Origin: Phoronis australis | Lineage: Eukaryota; Animalia; Phoronida | Length of the DNA: 64,000 nt | Assembly: GCA_002633005.1 (NCBI GenBank) | Contig: NMRA01000014.1 | Location: 796,955 to 860,954 of the forward strand | Direction: 5' to 3' | Shown: positions 12,301-25,239 of the stretch, piece by piece | Layout of the letters: every line of letters begins with the position of its first letter | How positions within the stretch are numbered: the first letter of the stretch is position 1 | Translations under genes and position numbers: made by a program | Notes under the pieces: model-generated | The model's database searches: none | Seen by the model: only the letters and a program-made list of their open reading frames with translations | What the model was told of the DNA's origin: nothing

Positions 12301-15300
12301 TTTATAGCAACATCACTTTTATGGCTTTATCAGTGTGAGGCATATTTCACCTAAGAAATTCCAGGGTATGGAGGACCTATGGGATGACCATTGCCAATAC
12401 TACCAGTAGAGAAAGTGGAACTATCTAACTTGTACAGAACTGCAAACTATGGTTAGTTGCACATAATTAGAAGGTAACACATTTTAGTGAATTCCAAGAA
12501 CACAACAGATATTTTCTTCTCTCACTGTGAGTTGTTGCTCACAGGTTAGAGAAGCTTAAAACAAATAAAGTAATTTCATTTAAAGACAGCAAGAAATTAG
12601 TACTATTGCTGTGAGAGAATGTTACTACGTACCCTGTAAGTGGTCCTCCGTTCTCAAGGTTAAACACTTGGTGGGGGTTCAGTAGTTTACGAAAGTTTCG
12701 TATTAAATCTTGACCTTGGCAGCCACCACTCTTGACATTGACAAAGACCAGCAGAGGTGTAGTGTTCTCGGGGATCATGTGAGCCTAAAGAAAATAATGC
12801 ACAGCCAACTGTTGAGCTCAGTTCAGGATTCTGTGGCGTGCCTGTAGAAGTCAACTGCATAATGCTATGTATATTTATGTCTAAACATGCCAGATGATCC
12901 CTCACCAACGTGTTGTTACCCTGGATGCCCAGACAACCCCCTCACTAGTACATTGTCTCCCTAGACTGCTACTAGACACCCTCAACAGTACGTTGTCCCG
13001 CTAAACTGGCCAAAAGATCCTTCACCTGTATATTGTCACCCTAGACCGCTAGTAAACACCCTCACCAGTACGTTGTTCCCCTAATCTGGCCAGAAGACTC
13101 CCTCATCATTATGTTGTCCCCCTAGACTGGCCACATGAATCCCTCACCTGTATGTTGGGCAGTATCATCACAAGCACCTGCTTCTCATCAAAGCACGCCT
13201 GTCTCAGAATGTTGAAAGCCCTCATTGCTTTTTCTGCCGAGTTGTACTTGATAACCAAAGAACCGTACTCATAGTAAATAACATCAAATGAAGTCCAGCG
13301 GTTTTCTACAACAAACACACAGATATTAGTTACAATGAAAGCAGAGTACAATTTTAGCATTCTGCAGCAAATGCATTCCATGCTACTGATTTTGTAACAG
13401 ACGGGACACTTCGACTTTTAAAGTTCCTAATATAAAAATAAGTGAAACACGCATAACCCACTTGGTGTCAGCATAAAAGATATCAAAAGTTTTAATTCTG
13501 GTAATTTTTAATGCCATGGGTAATTTGCTAAAGGTAGTTTATCTTAAAAATCTGTTGCCTTTCATATTCTGAAAGTAGTTTCTGCATTAATACAAAATAC
13601 TACGATTTATTTGGCTATATTGTCATAACAATATTTCTGCAATAAAATCGTATCTTTGCATAATTCTGAGCATTTTTAAAAACTACTCGTATAATAGAGG
13701 TATTATTTTTTAAAATCAGTTCAAGAATATAAAGGACCAGATTTTAAGATGAACCAATGAATACTAGAAATTCCCCCATGGCCTTTTTGGTCACATCTGT
13801 TACGTCTAACTTAATCATTTTAATGTACTAAACATATTATGCAAAATTCAAAAATCTTTTAGCATCTCAAACACTCAGAACCAGTAGGCAGTGTATGGAT
13901 AAACTTTACAAAGGATATGTTGTTTCACTAGTTTTTACACTGGAATTTACCTAATTACAAAATCAAAATGTCACGCCTTGTCCAAAATCATAAAATGCAC
14001 CCCAGGTATAGAAGAACCTGGAGAAGCCATCATTTCCATCCAATAAAAGTATTGTCAACATTTATCTAACGCAGCTAATAAATCATTGCCTGGAACACGG
14101 GGATTGACATGGACTTGGACGCACGACTACATCCATAAACTTGGCGCAATTCTGCTTTATGAGCAGGTGGTAAATCAACATATTTCAAATCAACACATTT
14201 CCAAATGAGACCAGCAGTTGAGCAGGAACTGCCACTGACAAAGGGACACAGGTGCAGTTAAATTGAGCTGAGCTGATGAAGCTGTTTAATATATAAATGA
14301 GAATTAACACATTGTCCTTTATTAGAGAGCTTTTCATGTGTTACTGTTATGGTAAACGTTTCTTCAGCCAGACAAAAATAACTGCCAAAGAATGCTTACT
14401 TACGTTGCTTTAACTTATTAATTAATGGTAGTTCAGTTTTGTAGACATTTGTGAAGGTACAGAGAGAGGCTGCTGGCAAGTGAGACTGATGTATACGCAC
14501 CTTTTCCCAGAATATCGGAGAGGATCCTATCATACTGCCTCTGTGACAGGCCAGTAGGTAAGTTGCCTATGAACAATGCTATGTCAGGCCCATGAGGGTC
14601 CTCCTTCTGCTGGATGTACAACCTGAGCATGCGGTTCTGACGAAGAGAATCCTGTCAAACACAACCAAATGAGACAAGTGAGCATAGCTGTGGATCAAAG
14701 CTGCTGGAACAAACAACCAACACTAAGGCCATGTTATCATATACTGTCCCAAACACCCTCGCTGCAGTTGCTTGCCAGTTCTTCACAAACAAACTTTTTC
14801 CTCGTTGTGAATGGCCCACATCTGGACAAAAAAATTAAGAACGTTCCCAGGGACAAAAAAGAAACTGGAAATCAAATAAGAGGAAGTCGAAACCAAAAAA
14901 AGAGGAAATCCTCTTAAAAGAGAAAAATTCCAATCCCTGGTTATTTGAACTTTCTGACAGATGTTTTGACTGCACTAAATAGCAAAATATGGTACTGTGA
15001 CAAAACTGGTATAGCTTATAACAAATTGAATGCCTCGGAAGGATTAAAAAGACCACTGCTTAGAAGGTTAAGATGCTTTAAGTTGTAATTTAAATGCGTC
15101 TGAATAATCTAGAAGTGAACCTACCTTTCTACTTTTCTGCATAACTTGCCAGGGACATTGTTGAGATTCCATGAGTCGTTCAGTAACCCCTCTGTCCAGT
15201 AACGCCTCCATCAGATTGTAATTGGCTGGGTCTTCAGTCTACAACCAACAGTCCAAAAGTATGAAAGAAGGGATCTAGATGAAGTGACGAAACGGAAATT

Positions 15301-18300
15301 GATCATGATATCACAGTTTTTGTGAACTTTGATGTTGAAAAGAAGTAACCGATGCCAAGCGTCAGCTGAAAGATAATGTTTGATATAAGGAGACAACCTG
15401 TAGCAAGATGTAACTATGTTGGCATCTACCATGAGCACGTACCGGCAGATGGAAGTGTTTGAGAGCAACTGCAATCACCTCCTCAGTTGTGGTATCCTTA
15501 GTAACAGGAATGTGTTTATACAGTGTGGGCTTCTTGGATGGTAGTCTGAAATGGAAGAGACAACACTGCCATTACTATAACATGCAACAACAAATCCATT
15601 GTCATGTGTAGCTTGTTTTATAGTTCTTTAATACATAGAAAATTCCTTGTTTCTTTGCCTACCTTAATGACCCTGTATAGACGCGCAGGTAGCCTTTATC
15701 TGGATCGCTCTCCCGGTACCGTAAAAAGATGGACGGCCGCCTCCCCTCAGGGGTCTTCATCTGAGCTCTGACTGGTGGACCCTCCTCCAATATCTTCTCC
15801 TCTCCAGCACCTGCACATAAGTATCACTCATACCAGCAGTTATCATCAAAGTATGGCCGTACAGTGAGCGCAAAAAGACAAAAAGACATTTCAAATGAAG
15901 CCTTCTTTCCGTTGCTAACAGTGCCACACACAGCTCATATAATACTACTATCACAAGGGGATTTAAGGTTATGTAGAACCCTAGAAAATCTGTCCAAATT
16001 TGGCTAATTTCGGGACATCATATCTTAAACTTTCAGACACGCTTTATGCATTGTTCTCCAAAATGCTGCTTGGATGTTGCCTCTAAAATGTTCCATTTTC
16101 GCACAAGGTGTTATTAAAAATAAGACTTTCATGATTTACATGAAAAAGTGTGAAGTTGCATGAAATTAAAACAAAATATTTTTGAACACTGTAACAACAT
16201 TTTTAAGATCTCATCTTGAACACCTACATCAAATTAATTTTTATATTTAATCGTGTTACTGCTACTGATATTTTGCTAAAATGAACCTTGTTTCCTTTTA
16301 TGCTAAATTTTACTAAACAACATAGCCGTGTGACCCAGTTAGTGACAGACTGGTAAAAGGTTAGAAGTCACATTCTTCAGGCTTTCCAGTTTCAGAAAAT
16401 ATGTACCTTTACCGAGTTAAAATTTATAGTTTTGTAGAAATTGGACTGAATACTCAGCGTCCTCAATAAGGTCCTACATAATCTTAAGTTAAAATCACTG
16501 AGCTACAATAAGAAGGTGAAGCACCTATTTGCTGCTATCTTTTTCTTAAATTAAATAAATGAATTTTCTTACATGTTATTTACCTTCGATTACCTAGTTA
16601 TTGGGTAGTTGACAAAACAAAATAAGGTTCCTGACAATTTTGATCACAAAAACACCTTAATGCTCAAAACGCAGTTTTAGGGAGTGAGAAATATAACTTT
16701 CTGTTAGTATATGCTGTAATCAAAATTGAAAGAGAACCTGAATAAAATGACATCTAAAAAGCATAGATCACCTATACTCTGACCTTGACAATAACAGTGA
16801 ATCAATCTCACCTTTGTCAGTCGCTTCTGATACGTAATAGTTCTTTGGGTCATCAGTAATGTGGAATGTCCTCAAAGCAGCTTGCTAAAACCAAAAAAAC
16901 ATATTTAAAAAAATAAATGCAACAGAGTGAATGAACAAGTCACTCGTTACCTAGGATGCAAGCATTTTTAAAGCGATAATTGTATGTTATGGTGAAATTT
17001 TTGAAAAGATCATTGTTGTAACACTTTATTTCTAACATATCAGAAAATGACCTATCAATTTCAATTCCTAAACAGGTCAAATGACATGAGGCAGTTTCAT
17101 TATTTCTTGACCTTCAAAAAGGTCAGGGTCATAAAATTCGACTGGCAACTGGACAATTCCAACCTATAACACGGTATAACTTATGAACAACAATATAAAG
17201 TATCATTCTTGAAGTTAAATTTTTTGTTCCGACCTTGAATACAAGGTCAGGGTCACCATCTACACCTCCATTTAAATAGAAAGAAAATGAAAAGCCTCCT
17301 CACTGAGATAGCGCCCCAACAAAACTTCCAATATGACTTAGAAAACAAGGTCAGGATTGGAAAAATCTACTGGCAGCTGGCTTGAGTTCCATAGACTGCA
17401 AGACGTAAGCTTACATTCACGCCACACTCTTCATTTACAGAACACAAGCACTGAATTCAATCCCATAATTCAATACTCCAACTTCCCATAATTCCATACT
17501 CCAACCTCCCGTAATTCCATACTCCAACCTCCCATAATTCCATACACCAACCTCCCATAATTCCATACTCCAACCTCCCATAATTCCATACTCCAACCTC
17601 CTATAATTCCATACTCCAACCTCCCATAATTCCACATTCCAACCTCCCATAATTCAATACTCCAACCTCCCCGCCCAATTACTCCAGCGGCCAACATTTT
17701 GCTAGGACAAACTTAGTACACTCCCGCACACTCGCGGAAGACTCGCTTTTCACTGGCGGAACGCTCTCCCAATTAAACACAGGCATTGGACAGTCTAGTG
17801 CTCATTGTATCGAACTAATTCAACAGATACGGCCTAAAACAGCATAATTGGATCTGATTTGTTCCTGACTCGATTTGAAACCAGAGCATTGAAGTTGGCA
17901 TCAGGTTGCACTCAGTAAAAAGGATTAAGACTCATTTCAGTTACAATTAGGTGACTTTTTTGAAAAAATGTACAACTAAAGTATTAACGAAATACTGCAT
18001 CAATTTTCAAAAAAGCAAACCATTAGCACTTATGCTATATTTCGACAAGAGCGATCAAGAGAAATTTCTGCAAATTTCATAATTTGGTAAAATTTTTATC
18101 CTGTAGTCGTCCATAAAATTTACAACTAAACTGGTCAAAAACTGCAAGCACACATTTTTTTTAAAACATTTTACTTTTAAATACACTAATATTTACAAAC
18201 AATAAGATCTTTGCAGATGAAACACAGGCACACACACACATATCTAAATTATAGAAATTCTCCGTTGGTCTAAAATAAATAGGCATTGATGGTTTCCCAA

Positions 18301-21300
18301 AAGACAGTTTTACAGGGTTGTATATTCCTTACTTTACAATAATTGTACAAGAAACATTGAAATTGTGAATATCTAGGAATAATCTGGTTACTAGAACATT
18401 TATGGATGAAATACTGGCAAATAGTTAATATGGTATTGATATCTTCAAAATTACATCCAAAATATGCAGTCAAAATAACATTTTTATCTAAGATTAAATT
18501 GTGTTGTGCAGTTACGTAAATTAAAAGTTTCTGAATTTCCCACCACAAAGTTTTCACAGAACCACATTCCCCAAACACATGGTTAAAAGTCTCAACAGTT
18601 CCACAAGATGCACACTTGTCATCACTTACTAAGTTCATCCATTTTTTGTTAATGCGGGCAACTCGGTCATTTCACCACACTCCGTAACTCGTTGAAGTCA
18701 CCTAAACACCTATGCAGGCCTTATTTCCCCCAAACAATAACAAGTTGTGTATTTCAGAAACCCTAATTGGCCATCCTCACATAGAACATGTAATAGGTAC
18801 AGTAGCAGATGAGCTATTTCAAGTAAATTACTATGCTGGTGTCAACTCCCGTCATTTTGGTATACATTTTTATTGCTTATTCAATGCATACTATTGCTTA
18901 TTCAATGCATACTTTTAATCATTTCATATGGCTCCAATCATGCCCGTGCTCTCAAATCTCAAAATGGTGGAAGACTTTCTACATGGCTTATTGCGAGCAA
19001 AATCACTTCGAAGATTCTTCAAGTTAGCAGGTAAATGAAGGTGCCGTTAACCTTGTACTGACTGTCTTTGATTGGACACATAATTCAGTGCCTTGCATAA
19101 GCAAACCTGCGCGCTGATTAAGCAACAGTGCACATTGAACAAGAGCAGAGGTAATTGTTTAAGAACCAATTCAGCGCACTGATTAAGCAATACTACGCGT
19201 TGATTAAGCAACAGTGCACGTTGTATAAGCTCATTTCAATCTGCAGAATGGTTTGGCGCTTCGTAAACATTTCAATCAGCTACATTAAATCCGTAATAAC
19301 GGTCAGTTTTTCACAAGAATTTTCTCTACTCTTTCAAAATTGTTTTTTGTAAGTACTAGAATCTAATAAATCCAATTTCTTTTAAAATTATTTCCAAAAT
19401 CATTTTTAACTTGAGTTGGTCTCACATGAAACTCATTAGGATGTGTCTCCTAAGTCATTCTAAGTGATGAAAATCACCCGTGTTATCTAATCTACACATT
19501 TGTCGGTGTTCAGCTTTCCAAGTAGTGATTGAAGGTTTTGAAAAGAAGCTGCTCTTCCGTTTCGTTATCATTCTGTCTAAACATCCAAACAAGCTCTATG
19601 TCAAAAAACTCTGTGGCTAAACATGTAAGAGAATAACTATTAAAATTTCACTGTTTATGAAAATGAACAAAAATATTAGACCAATTTACAAGAACTTTAT
19701 TTTAAACAGTATCCGAATCGTAAAATTACACGCAATGTCCACTGCATTGCATTCAGAATCCAAAATGATCAAGTTATTTTTATGGCCAGTGGAACGCAGT
19801 GTCTGGAGAAAGTTACGTGGTTTCTCAAGTCAAAATGACAAAAAGTTCAGTAAATACCATTTAACTCCTGAAATGTTTTAATAGTAAGTAATGCCAACAC
19901 ACACCACGCTACANCTTGAGTTGGTCTCACATGAAACTTATTAGGATGTGTCTCCTAAGTCATTCTAAGTGATGAAAATCACCCGTGTTATAAACATGTA
20001 AGAGAACAACTATTAAAATTTCACTGTTTATGAAAATGAACAAAAATATTAGACCAATTTACAAGAACTTTATTTTAAACAGTATCCGAATCGTAAAATT
20101 ACACGCAATGTCCACTGCATTGCATTCAGAATCCAAAATGATCAAGTTATTTTTATGGCCAGTGGAACGCAGTGTCTGGAGAAAGTTACGTGGTTTCTCA
20201 AGTCAAAATGACAAAAAGTTCAGTAAATACCATTTAACTCCTGAAATGTTTTAGTAGTAAGTAATGCCAACACACACCACGCTACAGTTTGGTTGCATTG
20301 TACAGCAGCTAATTAGTGTGAAGAGCTTACCAGTACCACACTAGCAGTGGCATTCCTTGGCACAGAGATAGTACGATACAGGCGCTTCCTCATCGAGTCA
20401 TTGCCATCAAACACTTTTATGACCTCTGTAAGAGTAAATCATAAAAACCCTGATAACACCCCGTTCCCACCACTGCTAACAGTACACGGAATCCGTGCGA
20501 ACACATTTTAACGACAAATCATAAAGTTCGAAAGTTACAACTATAATACACCAAAAACTTAAAGACCATACAGTGCCAATTAGGCGAAGATGATATCACA
20601 AATTTGGAACTGGAATAAATCAAGTGTGTGGTGATGAATCTTCCTGGGGAAGGCATCTGAGAGTTGCACTTGCTTCATTTTGAGCATGTGAACTGAGTGA
20701 TCTTTGCTAAACCAAAACAGACATGAACCAGAACAACAGTTTTCAAAGATGGCACTTCAAGGGATTTTTAAGTTTCAACTTAATCTACCTTAACTTGGGT
20801 AGTAAACAGATAGAATATGTTTCGTAAACAAACCTACAAATTTCAAAAAAAAGTCTTTTCATCCTTATTCCTCAAAAAAGGTTTACCTCTATCCTCAACG
20901 GACTGTGTAAGAGCTGGCCAACACAATATATAACACACCATGTGAGGACTGGCCAATGCAACATGTAACACATTGTGACAGGACTGGCCAACAAAATACG
21001 TTACACTGTGTGAGGACTGGCCAACACAGCACGTAACAGACTGAGTGAGGACTGGCCAGCACAAAGTGTAATGCACTGTGTCAGGACTGGCCAACACAAC
21101 ATGTTACACTGTGTGAGGACTGGTCAACACAACTTGTAATGCACTGTGTCAGGACTGGCTAACACAACATGTAACACACTGTGTCAAGACTGGCCAACAC
21201 AACATGTTACACTGTGTGAGGCAAATGTTTCATGAACAAAACATGCTAAAACAGCAGCAATCTCACCAGGTCAGTGTTTCAGTATTCAACTGATACCTGA

Positions 21301-24300
21301 GTTAGAGAGGGCCATTGTCACAGCTCAAATAACCGACCTTCAAAGTAGCTCACCTTCATCTTTGTCGCGATCCTTGTCCTTGACCTCTTTCCCACATTTG
21401 CGTTCATCATCGTCGTTCTTGGAGTCACCACTGGACCAGTCATCACAGATAGCCCTGTCTGTACACAAATAGTGTCCATCTTATTCACAACATGAAGTCA
21501 TCACATATAGTTGTCTTTATACGAACAGTGACCACCATTCACAGCAAGAAAATGACAGGGCAAATCATTCAACAGATACTTGAGTGACAACAGTTCAGTA
21601 CTGTATGCTCCATGCCCTAATGTTTCACTCGCATAAAAGCACCCAGCACTTGTAACTAACAAATCAGATCCTTTTAAACTCCCACCCAGCTGACACACCA
21701 GACCTCCTCGTACACCCCAATGTACAAAAAGTAGACCTCTCCCAATATATAAGCTGATAAATCAAACCCTTCACAACTGTCAATATATAAACTCACATGT
21801 CCCACAATACTAAAACCGCATTTGGTTTGTCAATACCGGATTCTTATCCAAAGCGCTTTGGGGTGTAATAAACACATTGCCAGGTTAATCCAATCTTGAA
21901 CTGTTGCTCCAAAGCATGCGCTTCAAGTTGCTGATGGTTTCCATGTTCTTGGTGGTAACAAAAACATTAAGGCTTGTTATGACACTGGTTTCCTGAGAGT
22001 AGAAACCCTACTGTAACTTTCGTTTTTAGCTAGCTTAACATGGCGAAACGTTGCTTTAACTTATATATCAAACCCTCACAGGTCCCAGTACATAAACTCT
22101 GGTAAATCAAACCCTCCCGCTCTTAATATAAAAACTGGCAAATCAAATTCCCTCAAAACTCGCAGTATAAAAACTAAATCAACCACCTCTCATAACTTAA
22201 GAGTTTAGAAACTAAAAAATCAAACAAGTGTCACTGTACAAAGTGACAAAGACCAGTTGACCATTAGATACCTACTGTTCCGTTTCTGTACACCCAATAG
22301 TGTATCCATCCCAAAGTCCAGTCTTGGCATAGTGAGGCAGTATGGAGGCAGCACGATCTCCTTCAGGCAACCAAAGTTGCATTCAGCAGGCAATGATTGG
22401 TAGCAAGAGGCATGTGCCTGTGAAACAAATGTTTATTCAAGCCACTAGAACAAGATCTCTACACCCACAACTTGCCAGTTACTACACAAAGACAAATCTC
22501 CGAGTAGTCACACCTTTTGTTCGGCAGTTTTGCAATCACTGTATTCAACAAGTAGAGCGTAATAACTTCTCGCCAATTTCAGACAAAAAAATACCAAATT
22601 GTACTGTTTCTACTTTTCGAGGGCTTCTGTTGTGAATGTCAACAGTTTTTCGAAATACATTCTAATAGAAGCTATGGTAAAGCATCACTCTGGTACTGCA
22701 TATCAATTGTGAAAAAAAATGAGAAAATAAAAGTCAACTGTCTACCATACTGTGTTCTAAATTGATGGCACTCTACCACAAGTGTACTCAGTTGGCACAG
22801 CTGTTTTCAAAAACAAGTAGACACATTTTGCCAAACATTAGCTAAAATGATTTAATTTTCAGCCAACCCTGCAATAATTTCCAATGAATCTTCCTCCCAT
22901 TTCCGTTACAAGTTTTCAATAGCTTCATCCAACAACATATACTGTGACACCACCAAATTTGTTAACTATGGGCAGTAGCTGTCAAAAGTAATGAGACGGA
23001 GGTAAACCCAGCTCCGCTTCATTTTCCATAATTTCACTAAGAATGCAATGAAACAGATTTCACCCTGATCAGATAAGAAATACGACCTGTAGTGTGCGAA
23101 CAAACAAACAAATAAACAAACAAATTTTATGACAAAGCAAAAGGCTTGGAGAAATTTCAAATCATGAAGGAGGTAAGACTAAGTAACTAGGTCAGCCATT
23201 CCTATATATGAGACAGTAGCATGAGGAAAACAAAATGTTTTATCAAATTCCAAGACAGCATTAAGTTACAGGATAATGTTCAAGTTAGCTTTGTCAGAAT
23301 TATTTTTGAAGGCTGCTGCAGCTATTATGTCAAACAAATAATTACACAAAATTAAAATTACAAGACAATGGTGGTGAACTTACAGTGAGACGCACTATTC
23401 AACTTGCAGTGAAACCACACCATTCAACTTACAGTGAGACCACACCATTCGCATCTCATTCCAGATAGACATTCCGATGACCAGCAGGTTTTCTTACACA
23501 CTAAACACTTGGAGTTGTTAGGCAGGTTTCCCTCACGCCAGTGGTGATAATGGGAGACGGGGCCAGATGGCTGTAACATAACGTCACATGTAGCTTCCTC
23601 ATTTGGTCAGATGATTGCAACAAAAGGATAACACATGGGCAAATTGAAAACCTAACTGAAAGATTCCATGTTATAACAAACAAGCAATATTCGAGCGCTA
23701 TTTACAAAAATTCATGACCAAGAGCTATTTACGACATTTATTCACAATACAACTTTTAAAGACCTATTATAAAATACCAATGGAGTACAATAGAAAAATG
23801 GATTGCTTGGCCTCCCTGGCCTAGAACAAAAGTCACAAAGTCAAAAAATGTTGCATGTCATGCCAGTAAATCCTGAACAATTTTAAGAAACACCAAAGCC
23901 TGTCGTATGCCAATTTCACCAGAGATGAATGGGGTCCAGCACCTTCATATTCTGAAGCATGATTCCTAACAGGAAGAATGAGTTTGTGACAATGGCATAG
24001 CTTCAAACATTTAGCAATCTAGTTGATATCTTTCTAAAAATATTTTTGACTCATGCCTTGCTCTCCCATCCAAGTACATGACAACACACCTAGGTACATA
24101 TTTAAAAATGGTAGACAAACCAGTGGATTTGCATGTTGCGCAGTTTCTGCAAGAATTCCAGGAGAGTCGAGTCTTACCACTGGATGTTCCAGGTTTTTAA
24201 CGTCACATTCAGACATGAGACTCAGAGAAAAAATAGGCTCAACTGTCAAGACCATGCATGAAAAAATGTGACTTGCTTTACCAAGACACTTCATTCTGTT

Positions 24301-25196
24301 TACTTCATGGGAAGACAGGATGTTGCTGCTAAAAACTTTTTGGACTTAGTCAAGGTTGACATCCCGAGTATGAAAGTCCCAATCTTTTTGACTCTAAAGT
24401 TTCCACATATAGTGTCAAACGCGTTTGTATGGACTTCACTTTGGAATCATTGAATAAACAAATAGCTTACGTTTTGTCAATAATAGTTTTATATCACCTT
24501 CACAGTACTATGTTATCAGATGGGCGGATACACCACTACATGGCGCCGCAGCTGTACCAGCAGACCGCCAGTGCTGGCGAGAACAAGGCCTGTTTGGTCA
24601 AATTTTTTCGTAACATATGGACTAATTGTTTTGGAATCCTGTATAAATCCCTGATCACCACCTTCATACAAATATACTAGCCAAATTCCTGCAGAGGGTT
24701 TAGGAGATACAGCTATGGACCCAAAAAAACTGCTACTAAGAGGCCCCCACAGTAGTTGGAGCCATCCAAGAATCATCCGAGCCTTCCTCTTCAGTAGGAG
24801 CAGCTGCCCCAGTTTTCATAATCAACCTAAGAGAGGTTTGGCTGATAGAAAGGCGTGTACCAAAAACACTCAGAAACAGTAAAAATGGCCACCAGGTGGC
24901 TCAAAATACGTTGAGTCCATCTGAAAACGACGAAGTGGCATCTCAATTATAGATGCCAATTTGCCAAATTTTATTAATTAAAAGAACATCGACGATATAG
25001 ACACAAACGTATAAACTAAAATTGCCACTAGGGGGCATAACAATAGTCGGATCCATTCAAACAGTTTCTTATGGCATCCCATCCATTAAAGAAACATATC
25101 TGCAAAATTTCATGAACATATGCCAAAGGATTTTGGATATACAGCAGCAGACAGATAGATACGATCGATGGCATAATGCAGTCACATAAATGTGTG

Positions 25197-25239
<43 letters not shown>

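Noticed and set aside
19410-20286. Two identical 74-aa ORFs (19657 and 20030) in a tandem duplication
   Set aside because: The copies abut a single n at 19914 and differ mainly by one ~130-bp indel, typical of an unmerged haplotype overlap. The ORF is AT-rich intronic sequence antisense to DGKQ.
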